A stretch of DNA of 61,868 nucleotides, counting the filler, from Choristocarpus tenellus KU-1152 (taxonomy: Eukaryota > Protista > Phaeophyceae): NCBI GenBank assembly GCA_964200185.2. It is 9 parts of 9 records of this genome, joined end to end, with 100 filler letters (N's around TTAATTAATTAA, not from the genome) between each part and the next. Parts side by side here need not be neighbours in the genome. Positions count along the whole stretch, not along the records: positions 22,366 to 30,486 come from CAXNAD020005114.1; positions 30,587 to 33,445 come from CAXNAD020024147.1; positions 33,546 to 42,012 come from CAXNAD020004677.1; 6 more parts are not named here. One strand, written 5' to 3'. Under the pieces are notes generated by a model. That model was given only the letters and a program-made list of their open reading frames with translations. It was not told where the DNA came from and made no database searches. Shown here in pieces: positions 25,005 to 37,500 of this stretch (position 1 is the first letter of the stretch; each line of letters opens with the position of its first letter). A program made the translations under genes and the position numbers.

Positions 25005-26935
25005 CTGTTATGTTCAAGGGTAATGCCTAGGCTTTATGATGTTGCCCATGTGAAGGGTTCATCATAGGTATCTTCTCTCCTGTCTTTCTAAGTGCTACAG
25101 GGCCCTCCAAGAACAACAGGAGGACATATAGAGTCATAGAAATATTTCACTGCATAGTGTTGAGCATGTGTGTCCTTGGTGTTGCAAGAGGGTGGTAGTA
25201 TTTTAATGTCTTGAGATGGGGGGCAGGAGTATGTACGTGGTGAGAAGGATGTACAAAGTACTGGATTGTGAGGGGAAATGTTTTTTTTGATGACAAGCGA
25301 TGAAGTAGGAAGCGGAAGGTGGGGTAGGATAAATTGGAGTGATGACTGAGAGAGCTGTAAGACTGTGATGATTCTAGGAATGGGTGATAGTCGAGCCTAG
25401 CTTGCACTGATACGACTCTATTTTATAGTACCTAGACGAATCCTCCTGACATTTCTTAACACACTGTGCCTACACAAATATAAGTTTCTGCTTTCATAGA
25501 CAAATGCTGCTTCTCCTAGACTCCATAAGCCTTTGTCATATTTGCCCCACAAACCCTTGTGTGCACACTTACTATTGCAAAAACCTGTACTTTAGCATCA
25601 CTGCTAGAAGGAGATGTGGTTATACATGCTCCCTCTGCATGAGGAACAGAGTATTCTGAATTTTGGACCAAAAAATACTGAGGTGGCTTGCTTTAGGCAG
25701 CTCAAACGTATCAAGATCGAGTTGTCTTCAGACTCTTTCGAGAGTTGAGGCTGGGAGGGCACGAAGCAGAGAGTAGCCGTATCAGCGTATGTCAAGGAGT
25801 ATGAAGGATCAATGGGTACCACAACACTCTGTCAACCTAAATTCAGAACCAGTAATCTAACTCAAATAGGATAGGAGGGAAGGGGCGCTACGACCTTGCC
25901 TATTTGTGTCCCAGTGGGAGGGAAAACCACACCAAATCATTTTAGACTACTACAAATTCAAAATATTTCAACTACACGATTACTCGCAAGAGAAACAAAG
26001 ACGAAAATACAACTTCCTAAAGGAATATGGGGTGATATGTTAAGAAAACTAGTAAAAAGATAAGCTGACTGCTACTACCAATAAAAATGTGAAGAATATT
26101 CAACTAAAGTTCGTAGTAGCATGGTTGGTAAGAGATCGGGTTTAAAATGTTGTGATAGGATTTTTTTTCTGGTAAGTTCTCAAATGTAGAAAAGATAGTA
26201 TTGCAGCTTTACTATGTTATTTTCTAGCTCCAATTTTTTTCTTTTTATAGCTTCAAATATATTTTTTATTCCAATTTTTTCCTGAACATATTTAGCTCTT
26301 TCCATACATTTTTTGTACAAAGCTAATAGATCCACTAACAAACTAGCAAATCTTACACCTATTTACTACAGAATGTTGAGAGTTGGAATATATTATGTAA
26401 TCTTCAGGCTACGTTTGCCACATTGACACTACACTCCCTGTTAATTTATGAAGACCTTGTGAGTACGTCTCCTACGAGGCACATCAACAACACCAGACTT
26501 AGTCATTAAACAAACGAGAATGCGGTTAAGTACGAATTGAACCTAAAGTTCAGAAAAATGCAAAGAACACCAAGTTTTGTTAAATATTCCATAATAGCAT
26601 GAATGATATTAAGCTATGACTGCTCTAGTCAACAATAACACAATCATGAATTGTGGCATCTGTGTGCAGAAAGCATTATCAAATCAGCATTAACCTTTGC
26701 TGCATGATTAATTACCTGATCAAATACTACTCCACGACCAACAAAAAACTCAATGCCCACTTCTTTCGGTTTAATTTAAAAATTTTAAGTAAGTAGTTGC
26801 AATCAATCTTGCTATCACTAAATTTTAAATTGACATTATTTTTTAAAATTCTATTTCTGGACATGAGAACCATAAAACAACAGAACCTTTCGATTAAGAA
26901 ACTTTCTCATCCCTTATTCCTCAAGTCCATGTCGA

Positions 26936-27193
26936 GAGTCAAAGTATCTGAGAGGGTAGAGTCGTGTCCATTTAGGGGCCAAAATCCAATGTTGCAATTT
27001 TGATGTAATTTTGACTATCGTGTTTGTTAGGAACTGTCAATATCCATGTTTCGGACACACCTTTTCATGATATACACATTTTACCTACTCCGAAACATTT
27101 TGGAGTGGGAAATTGTACTAAAGAAGCCCATGGGAAGCCAAGCCCAAATGGACAGGCAGGGAAAAACATGTACCCTCTAAGATACTTTCACTC
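26936..27193 (+). mobile_element. MITE family A
   Basis: Both TIRs and internal palindrome present; no intact TSD. Confidence 0.9.
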
Positions 27194-29372
27194 ATGAATC
27201 TAAGACCAGTTGATCTAGCTGAAGCTTACTGATTTTAGATCCGGTGTCTATTTTAAACAGCATGTTTTTGTATTTTTATGTCATCTATATATGCCATCTT
27301 TCCTATTTCTAGATTGACACAACACCTGCCTGCTTTTGACTAACAACACCAACACCAACTAGCCGCTGCTTCCGTATTCAGTTATTATTGAGTAATGTTT
27401 CAACACCAGGTAATTGGTTTAATATTTTACTGATAAGATCATTAATATCCTCAAGAAGTCCATTCGGTAAATCTGATGCAACACCTCCTCGACAAAATTA
27501 TTTTTGAACGCATACGTGAACCCAATACACGCCCATAAAATTCCATCACATATTCACACCCCTCAAATAACCAAAGAAGCTCTTTGCAAATGCAGAAATA
27601 GTGGTGTGCTCAACCATTTTCCTCATGTATAACCATTTTCTCCCCTCCGATTTCTACACTGATTAGACGGGACCATGGATTGAGACGTGATTAAAATGGC
27701 AGGGATCGGCAAGTTGCAGAGGCGAAAACTATACAGAATAATGCTGCAGTCCTTTATTGGTAAAGATTTGATTATCGATCCATAACTATTGCAAATCTTA
27801 CACAGGTTTTTGAGAGCCACAACAATCAGAAGGAATTCATCCATAAAATCCACTAAAAGCCATCGTTGTTACTGGAAGCTGTCATCAATATATTCCTAAT
27901 AGCTAGAACGGCTTTAACAAGGTTTCATCCTCTCAAAAAATGCTTCAGATCCAGTAGAATTGGTCAAGTACTTTGCAAACTGCACATCCTCATGGCAACC
28001 GAATTTGTCCCTTTCATGGTCAAATGTGCCCATTCTACAGCCGTAGGTTTCCAAGAGGAGGGTGTTTTTGTAATACCTATAGCATATCAAGTTTACTCCA
28101 AACAAATCGTTTTGTAAATTTTACTACAGTAATTTCCTTTACAGTGTACGGGCACCGTTCCACAAGTAGACACATATTTTCCTTTGTGCAATATTTCTCA
28201 AAACGATATCCTGATATCTATCTGCTTACCGCATTTTCTCCTCCCAATCAAGCCAATAATCTCTTGGCCTGATTGAGGGCTGCAGTATTAACTTCCCTTG
28301 GTCATTTGGAGTCCCTCTCCTCCTGGGGTGAATGGTAGTGACACTGTGAGTAATGATAATCCGCTCTATGGGTGCATTGTCTATTTTTAGACACAGTGAG
28401 GGAGTACTGAAGAAGAGCACGGGGGTGGGATAAGAACTTACAAAGGATTTGATAAAATGTTGTGTTCTTTACACTGACTGTTCTACCTCGTTACAGATAT
28501 TTCAATCCCTTTGCAGTGTATCAATTCTCATTGTAGGCCGTCATTCACCGTGTGGGGAGCAACAACATTGGGTAACTGCTTCCGTTTTGGTGGAGGAAAA
28601 TACCTCAATCATTGTAACGCAACGGAGAACATGTAAAATAATATGATGTGTGACTGTGTGTACAAAGCATGAATGAGAGGTCCATCAAGTCATGGAATGC
28701 AAAAAAAAAACAGTATTAGTGAAGGTACAGCAGTTCAAACACAAACACTGATGAATACGTTTATTGTGTATGGTGACCCCCTTGGACGCTGGCCTGCTGG
28801 CTCAATGTCAAGAAAGAGAGCTCCTGTGATGGCCTCATCTACATAAAAATTAAATTGGAAGGAATTCAATTCAGGACACTCTAATCTCTTCATCTTTGTT
28901 ATGCTTCTCATCAGCCGTTCACCTGAATTGACGGGAATACGTGCCACGTACCCCAAGTGCACGAGCCTTGATTTGACTTTGCATCTTGAACTTTGGGGGG
29001 TATAAGAGAAGGGGAAGGGAACATTGTAGCAAGAAGTGTATATGGGATGATTAGGGTTTCAATGCAACTTGTGTATCTCAAACGAGCGCCTGGAGGAAAA
29101 ATACACAAAGTCAATATCACCTTACCCAGAGTCATACAACACAGTTTTTATTAGCATATCGTAGATCTCCTCTGAGTTTCACCTGCTGACAGGAGATCTT
29201 GGTTCAGGACTCTTTTGCTTACCTGACTTTGATTTCCTGGGGTGAGCATGTGCAATAGTGTTCCTGAATACTACCTCTTCTTTCCTCTAGAGAGCTAGAT
29301 CAAAAAGGTTCATTTCGACACTCTCAGGTCATGAAAAAAACTTCGATGAACAGTGATGTCTAGAGTGGGACT

Positions 29373-29752
29373 TGTTGAACTATCCCACACTGGACCCGAG
29401 GCTTTTATGGTGCTTTATTTTAATGAAGGACAAAGAACAGCTTGATATAGATGAACAATGTTAATATTACAAGGGCCTTTATGGTCTCGATTCCGCTGAC
29501 TGAGCTCATGGGTGAGACTCTAGCCTTAACTATCACCATTACTCTATAGTGTGGGGTTTGTAATCTTCCACACTATTTTACTATGAATTACTTATTTACT
29601 TGTTCTAAGTATAGGAAGTGTATCTTGAACATTATATAAAACCAATCAACACTTTGAGTCAGTACATATAATATATCTGTCACTGACTCTCTACCCTCTC
29701 ACATAATCCACCAGTGGTGTCTATAGTGTATCAGCAGCACTATCTACGAACA
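29373..29752 (+). mobile_element. Solo LTR (380 bp), Ty1/copia-like
   Basis: TGTT...AACA termini, 5-bp TSD GGACT (29368-29372, 29753-29757), internal TATATAAA near 29633; a second copy starts at exactly the same TGTTG at 56926. Strand inferred from the TATA box. Confidence 0.85.
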
Positions 29753-30688
29753 GGACTCTACCCCCAGTGGGGACAGTGATGCTTTTGATTATTTAGACTA
29801 CCAGCCGTTACAAAAATGTCGACAATGTGGTAGTAAGTTGTGCATGATCAAAGTGGGAGATCCAGTGTGATACACCATGTAGGCATGCAAAAGATTTCAG
29901 GGTCATAGACACATACAGTACCTTGACATTCGTGGGGGGATCGGGGGTGGAAAAGAAAAGAAACTAAGTCGGAAACTATTGAAATACGAACACCAAAACA
30001 CAGACCTGGGATCAACTTAGTTAGATCGATAGAAAGCGCTACGACTCAACTCTACTGCAATTGTTATTATACTCCCCACGATCGTAAATATTACTCATTA
30101 AATCTACGCAAATTTCATATCCACTATGGAATACGGCGAGGTTGGAACAAGGCTCAAGGTATCTGTGGCACGAGAACCCGCCAGGTCGTGGACGGACATC
30201 ACGGGCAGAGCAATCTTGGAATTTTTCATGCGTCAGAAAATGTCGAACTTACCGTTATTCCATATGCATGGGCATAGGATAGCTTACACGTTCGTTCAAC
30301 GACGTAAAGTTGAGCGAGGCAAGTGTTTCTAGTTTCCTAGTGTCGGGATCAGACGTACTCAAACTGTGACAGGTTTGTCAAACAAAGAACTAAGTCGCGT
30401 CGAAAAGGAGATTGATCTACCTTTCTACCCACCTCCGTTCCTGTCAAGTATTGGGTCTGATGCTCCATCTCAGAGACATGGGATTTNNNNNNNNNNNNNN
30501 NNNNNNNNNNNNNNNNNNNNNNNNNNNNNNTTAATTAATTAANNNNNNNNNNNNNNNNNNNNNNNNNNNNNNNNNNNNNNNNNNNNTTTTCTTCTGTTAA
30601 AAGCTTTTCTCTTCAGTTATAAAATCCCCCTTAAATTCCCCGTTCGGGGTCCCCCCAGTGTTGCCCCCCCCCCCCCCATGCGAACCTT

Positions 30689-30857
30689 GCGCGCGGACTA
30701 CTTGATTTAAGTATGGTCCTGTATTTCTCACGAATACTGTAAGTTGGCCAACCGAGACCCATCAGATAAGGTTAACCATGCTGATGCGATTACAACAAAC
30801 GAATTTTCATGAAAAAAATTGTTGATCAAAAGTTATGGCAAGACAAAGTTGATGCAG
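30689..30857 (+). mobile_element. Subterminal fragment of the Tc1-like element at 48060-48688
   Basis: Aligns to 48513-48678 (GCGCGCGGACTACTTG-TTTAAGTATGGTC...GACAAAGTTGAT-CAG). Confidence 0.75.
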
Positions 30858-31099
30858 AAGGCGACTCCCAACACTTTAGTGTTAAGAAGGAATGGAAGAG
30901 GATTCTTGTCGCGTGATCAATTTTGGTGAGAGAGACGACCATGCAGGGTTGGTGTGTGTTGTTGGTGAGGGTAGAAAAACAATTCAGAACAATAATAGTA
31001 TTGACTACGTTATAATGGAAGTATATGATATTTGTGTAGACAGTATGAATCAGAGTGGGGGTGGTCACCAACGGCTTCCTTGTGAAAAAAAAGCCCCGT

Positions 31100-31520
31100 T
31101 GGATATGTCAATCAATGCCACCAATCTTCAAGCACAACCTAACACTCCTCAAAATGGAGCAGTCTTCCACACTGGTAGTTGATACTATCAGATAGGCGAA
31201 AACGACGAATGATTGACAATGGGAAGAGTATATACGACGTTTGATTGTATGACTGCCCAAATGCTTTGTCCCTGCAATCCATTACTTGGTCTGGGTCGTG
31301 GCCTTTTCCAACAAACTATTTTAGCAATACACATTTCAAAGTAAGTAGTACATATATGTGCGCACATGCGTTTGTGTGTTTTATGTAGTAGAGAGAGATG
31401 TGTATTTGATTGGGCAAACCTAACAACGATGGGCAAGTCAAATACCTACCATTAATATTAAATATTTGTGTCCTGTGATATACCTGAAACCCATCTCCTG
31501 CATCCACTTGTCCGTATATT
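31100..31520 (-). pseudogene. Possible heavily decayed Tc1/mariner-like transposase fragment
   Basis: Frameshifted pieces KWMQEMGFRYITGHK, LPIVVRF and VCWKRPRPRPSNGLQGQSIW occur in the order of WLxxLGFxY..K, DGHERxDVV and W..PxPKGxGxSI that I recall for the family ending in SHRR; catalytic residues not recognisable. Confidence 0.35.
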
Positions 31521-32577
31521 TTATGCACACAGTATTTTTTGTTTGTCATAGTGTGAATAGTAGTTCTACCGGTTAGTAATGTATTGCTTTTGAGGTGATG
31601 GTTCGGTAGTATGGTCTGAAATTGACCTTCAACTATGTCTGGATATAGGTGCATGCATGAAAAACGGCATCCTGCTTAATCTCTTCCTTTTACTGAAGTC
31701 CTCCATCCACCTCTATCCTCACCAGAACAACTGCACACTATGCTGACCATTTCTTGCACATAATTGGAGCTGGATATCGGATGGAGACTTGTCAATATCG
31801 TGGCAATAACCTCACCTGCTCTTCAAAAGTGGAATAAGTACGCGTTTTCTCAATCAGGAGCCTATGCTAACAGAACTGTGGGAGAGGCCATTGCAAAAGG
31901 AGATCGGTGAGACAATCTACTGCGTCGACTTCACCTTGCTCTACTCGGTCCAGACTCAATACATTTTGACTATTGTGAGCATAAGATCTGTGTGGCGATG
32001 CCCTAACTGGCACTACTAAGTTGCCTGACGACTCGGACCTTGGTCGTGAATTCAGCATCACTGTGAGTGATGCCATTGATGATGATACGCTAGTTGATGA
32101 CCTCACATTGGCTGCAGTGGGGGAATTTGTTTCCAATTCTCAGGTGTTGCTTGTTTCCTTACTACTACGAATAGCATGTGATGCACACCTGTATCTCACA
32201 GCACGCTAAACAACACAAACAAGGTCCATACGAGTGGTACAGCAATGCAATGGTGATGTTTTTTCTGCGCTTGTGAAAGTCTCTCAATCAATGTATGGTG
32301 CAGTGGGTGTAGTTCTCAGCATTGGTGTGGGCATCCACCTGCTCCTTTCAAGAATTCATATTGTATCAATGAACGAAGAATCGCCACCGCAACAAGAAGA
32401 ACAGTGGAATACAGTATTGTACTCCAGTAGACGATACCTGTGTAGTATTTATATATATTTTCACATGTTTTCACCACTTTTCTTGGATATTTCAGTGATG
32501 TTTTCGGGGATGATTAGACCACTTTGTATCATGTTTAAGGTTACTATTTTGACGCGTTTGGGGTTACATTTTTAATA

Positions 32578-32687
32578 CTATCTCCGTGCCATAAGTCTGT
32601 GCCGCGTTATCTGAAAGTTTTGAAGATTATGAAATTCATTTCTGAAAGAAGATATGGAATCCTTGACGAATTTCTGGTTAGGGTCAG
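32578..32687 (-). mobile_element. Terminal fragment of the DD39D-like mariner family (homologous to 55757-55867)
   Basis: TA + CTATCTCCGTGCCATAAGTCTGT..., about 110 bp alignable. Confidence 0.75.
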
Positions 32688-33545
32688 TGTAGCATTGCTG
32701 TTGTCCTGTGAGTTATATTTTAATGGACATTCTCCAATAATTAATCAGTAGTATGTTGCTCTTGCTATTCTGGAATCGAATGAGAGGCAATCATCGAATA
32801 AGTGGAGCAACTATCCTCCTCCATGATCTTTGTGGTTGTTGTCTAACCATTATGATGTACATTATGCGATATATTTCGAAAGCACCACCTTGAAGTACAA
32901 AACAATATGTGTATGAACCACTCAACATGGAATCCTATTCCTGATATCGCGAATGAAATAATGCGATAGGTCTTCAGGCGATAGTTAAACGCATAGTAGT
33001 GGAGCCTGATTATCTCTTCCTACCACAAGCTATACTAACAAAGTATACATGAAGAATAGGGTGGGAAAATACGGAATTTTTATAGAGTGGGTTCATCCAT
33101 CGACCCACCCACTCATCATCGTCATTAATCCACCAAAAACAATGCATCATATCACCTTTTACGAATAATAAGAATAATCTCTCAGACATGTGAAACCGTA
33201 AAATGGAAACACATGGATCAAAGAGTCTCTTCTCTCAACAAAGGCATGTTGGAAAAAAAGGGGTGTTAATATTGGTGAGAATTTGTTACCGATGTTATGA
33301 AGTCTTCATGTTGGTTTTATTAAAATACAAGACTTTATATATTGGTCATTACACTAATAGTACGATACTACTATGCCAGATCCCCCCTCAGGAATTCCAG
33401 CTCACAATCAGCAGATCCCTAGGGAGAGAGGAGGCCCTATCCAACNNNNNNNNNNNNNNNNNNNNNNNNNNNNNNNNNNNNNNNNNNNNTTAATTAATTA
33501 ANNNNNNNNNNNNNNNNNNNNNNNNNNNNNNNNNNNNNNNNNNNN

Positions 33546-33597
33546 AGGGCCTGGACATCCTGTCATAGACCCCCCCCCCCCCAAGCTACTTTGAGCC
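33546..33597 (+). mobile_element. MITE family B, right end (contig edge)
   Basis: GGACATCCTG..TAGAC + C-run + TACTTTGAGCC. Confidence 0.55.
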
Positions 33598-34575
33598 AGT
33601 ATTGATGCTGTTTTGGTAGTTGCAAGGGCTGGTTTGCTTCACACTTACACCTTCCCCTTTCCTTGACAACAATTCATCCATATGCAATGTATGTGGAGCA
33701 GCTTCAGACTGCATTCAACACCCACGTGCATAATCCAATCCTGAAACCACAAATTGATCCAATCTCACCTGTTAAGAGAATATGCTCTTTGTAGAGCTCT
33801 GGCAGGACTAAAATGTATGGCACAATTAGATGGCGAGTCTTGCCTTAATTATTTATTTTTCAAGGAGGGGGTGCAGTGTCGACCACAGTGTACTTCAAGT
33901 CTACTAACATGTACTACTGCTGTGGCAAACCGATAAAAATGAAGTCATGGCCAACCAAATCACCAGGTCATGGCAAAACAAGGTGAGAACAAAGGCCACA
34001 AACCATGTAACTGTAAAAGTACTCCCAATAACCAACTAAAACATCTCAAAAGACTGGAGTAGATCTTTTTCACAGCAAGGCTTAATGGTCACACACTAGG
34101 ACATGGAGGTTGTCCAAGCCTATGGGTCAAAAATATCCTATGCCATTATTAATTAGTCTACCTAACCCACTGCCCCATACATGCACATGCCATGTCTGTT
34201 GAAGCAGCTCTGCTCGAAGCACTGAGGAACCAAACAAGGTCAAGGCCAAGGTCATAAAATTGCACACAGGTGCCACAGAAATCCAAACACAGGTCCCCCA
34301 GTGGGACTACATTCTAGGCCCCCTGTCCTCAAGTCCCACTTTGTTGAAACTCTCTTGCCAGCCAAATAGGGCCCAAGGGCAAACATGGTCTGACTGTTTA
34401 AGAGACTCATACCTCATACCTCACAGTGTCATACCCCATACTTCATTCCTAACCCCTTAGCAAATGAACAATTATGAATGCCTTTGAACTGTTGAGTGCA
34501 TCCGTTCCTTGGTAAAGGTGGCATGCTTAACCAATTTTGGGGTGGAGAGGGGGGGAGGGAGGGGAGGCTGTTGCC

Positions 34576-37500
34576 CTAGCGAACAAATTCCCATTTGTTG
34601 ACCATGATCTTTGAGATGCACTGGAGGGCTTCGCGCTGGACTTCCTGGTGTTTGCTCCCCAATAGATTCATCACCTTCTCCTTGGCACTGTAGAGGATAC
34701 AAAAAGGTGAGGTAAAGTTAAAGTAAAGTTAAACAATTCATCTTGCGGATGAACTTGAACATCATAGCATCATAGCAAATTGAGTGGTACAAATGTCAAA
34801 TATTGGTATGCCACTATAATATACAGTGAGTATCATTATTATTACTACGATAGTACTATAGACTATAGTACAATAGTGTGTAGCAAAGTAAAAAAAAAAA
34901 TCTATTCCAATATAGGACATAAGAATATGTAAGATATTTAAGGAACTATTAAAGTGAGGATCGTTAATAATAATAATAATAGTAGTAGTAGTAGTAGTAG
35001 TTCACACACATGCCTAATTAACTTAGTAGCAAGAGAAGGAGACACTTGTGATAGACCAATCACAATCAGGTTTAGGGTTAGAGTTTACATTGAGACAAAC
35101 AAAAGCAAGAGCTGTAACACTTAAGTATATTTAAGACCAGTGATGGTAGTCCATTAATAGCAATAATAGGAAGGTTTCAATGATTAATAGTTTTTAGTGT
35201 AGATGCAGTACAATTGCAATAGACCTGAGCCAGCAGGGATCACTGGGATTCAGTTGATGTTTTATGGTATTAGGGCCTTATTGTATGACAGCAGTACTAG
35301 GTCATATGTGAACTGTTCCATCAAAGTAGTTAAATGTATGGTACCAATCCATCAACAAAAGTACTCATTTCACAGAATGTGGAGCTATTAGCCTCTGGTA
35401 ACAGCCCCACTCTCAAGGATGAACTCTTCAGTTCTTCAAACCACAATCACTATATAGTGTATAACATAGTGAATAATATATGGAGTACAAAGTACACTTT
35501 TTCGAATTTGAAATGCCCTCCTATGGCTGCATTCCTGGTAAACCACAGAATCATTTTGATGATGATGACAAGTACTACCATCTTCACTCACAGACTAGAC
35601 TAATATTTATAGTAGTAACATACAAACAAAATGCATTAGAAAATATCACAGCAAGGTATCAGGGTATTGGTCAGAATTAATCTTCTGACTACCCCTTCTT
35701 GATATCGATGAATGTGAACTGCTAAGAGCTATGCTATGTAATACGCACTAGTCACAAAGATGTGTTCATACAGCTGCATGGATATCACTAAAGGCACACC
35801 ACAAATACTGTTGATGGTAGATACAACAAGTCCCTGTTGTTCATTGGGCCATAAAATACAACGTATCCCCATCAATGAAGCATTTAGCAATAGTAACAGC
35901 TCAAAACGGCCCACTCCTGATCTTACCCCAGGTGCCTGACTATGGCCTTGCCACTGGGGTAGAAGCGCACAAACTCCCCAAGATCATAGCAGGCAATAGA
36001 AACAACCTTCTCATCCTCAGACTTGAGCAGGTCAATCAGCTGGTACAGACCACAAAGGGGACAGACAGGAGCTGTTACTGCTACTGTTACTGTTACTTAA
36101 GTGATAGTGGTACAGTCTTATCAATTTTATAACATGTGGTGTGTAGAGGGCCATCCATGAATGAATAATCAATCACAAATTAGGTTGATCTAATTCAGGG
36201 AACATAGAGCACATCACATTCCTACTGAAGCATGTCTGAAGCATGTCTGAAGCATGTCAGTACTGTACACTTTGAACCAGAATATGTATAGACAAGTGCA
36301 CAACCCTAACCCTAATCAAGTGCATGTATAAATACAATATGAATCTACACTAGTACACCCAAGGCAGCTAACATAGGCAGTAACACAAAAATCGAAAGTA
36401 AAGCTGCAGTGAATGTACATGGTTCAACACACAACATTCAAATTTGCAAGCATATCTTGTCTGTCTAAACCTGTCTCTTCTGGTGATTTGAATGATTGAT
36501 TACATGCTGTTGGTATGTATTCACCAGTGTGTGATGAGGGTACATTGACTCACAGAGGAAAAAACAAAACCGCAACCTCTACATCCGTGATAGGGTTAGG
36601 GTTAGGCACTTCTAACACTCAGCAGCAAGGCCTACTATCCCCAAACCCTAACCCTAACCCTAACCCTTACCTCAACTGTCTTTTATACTGCAATAAGTTA
36701 AAACTACTACCAGCACCTGCTTGAGGATGAAAAACTCATCAGCCTCAACAGCCCTGTTGTTCTCCCTCCAAAACTTCTCAGTGTGCACCACACCCCACTT
36801 GAGCTGTCCTGACATGACCTGACACCATCAACATCAGTCACTATTAGTCATTAGATGGGATGGGACATATTAGTAAACACACTTCATTCTTCCACCATAG
36901 AGGTCCAACCTGAAACAGGATGTACTTACTACTTCACTATCTGGGATGGGACTATCTAGATGGGAGGTAATTCTACCACAAAGGATCGATGGATGTCATC
37001 ATGATCATCTCAGATGATTCAGATGACTCAGGTAGAACACAAAACAAACCACAAACTGGTTTCAAGTGGAATACTCTAAACACACCTTGTACTTCGAGTT
37101 TCAAGTACAAGCATGAGGTATACCTTATCCTACCAACAATGGTATGAACTCAACTGAATAGTACAATCAGAAAAATAAACAAGGAAGACGAGCAGCCCAC
37201 CTCTTGGGAGTAGCGTTCCATAGTCGATAGATCTCTGTAGTTGCGTTGGAGACACCTGTCAACATAACATAACATAACATAACATAACATGATATCAGTA
37301 TCACAGAATACAAAAATACAACCAGCTAGTCAGGCATCAAACAAGGGCAGGTGAAAAGTTAGCAAGGTTTGAAGGAAATAATAATAATGATCTGTCAGGA
37401 GATGGTTCTTTGCCAGACATACAACTTACAACTTACATACATTCTTCATACATAAGTGCAGGGTAAGATGAAGAAGACAAGATTTGACATGGAAAGGTAA

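Noticed and set aside
28930-29000. Copia reverse-transcriptase KARLV-like motif (IKARALGVRG / KSRLVHLGY, minus strand)
   Set aside because: Too short, no further RT motifs, and the neighbouring LTR is a TSD-bounded solo LTR.
30130-30486. Possible short minus-strand exons at the contig end
   Set aside because: Splice-like signals are present, but I could not build a phase-consistent, recognisable protein.
31986-32440. Exon-like plus-strand peptides (LPDDSDLGREFSITVSDAIDDD..., VVQQCNGDVFSALVKV...)
   Set aside because: No family recognised and no secure splice model; left uncalled.
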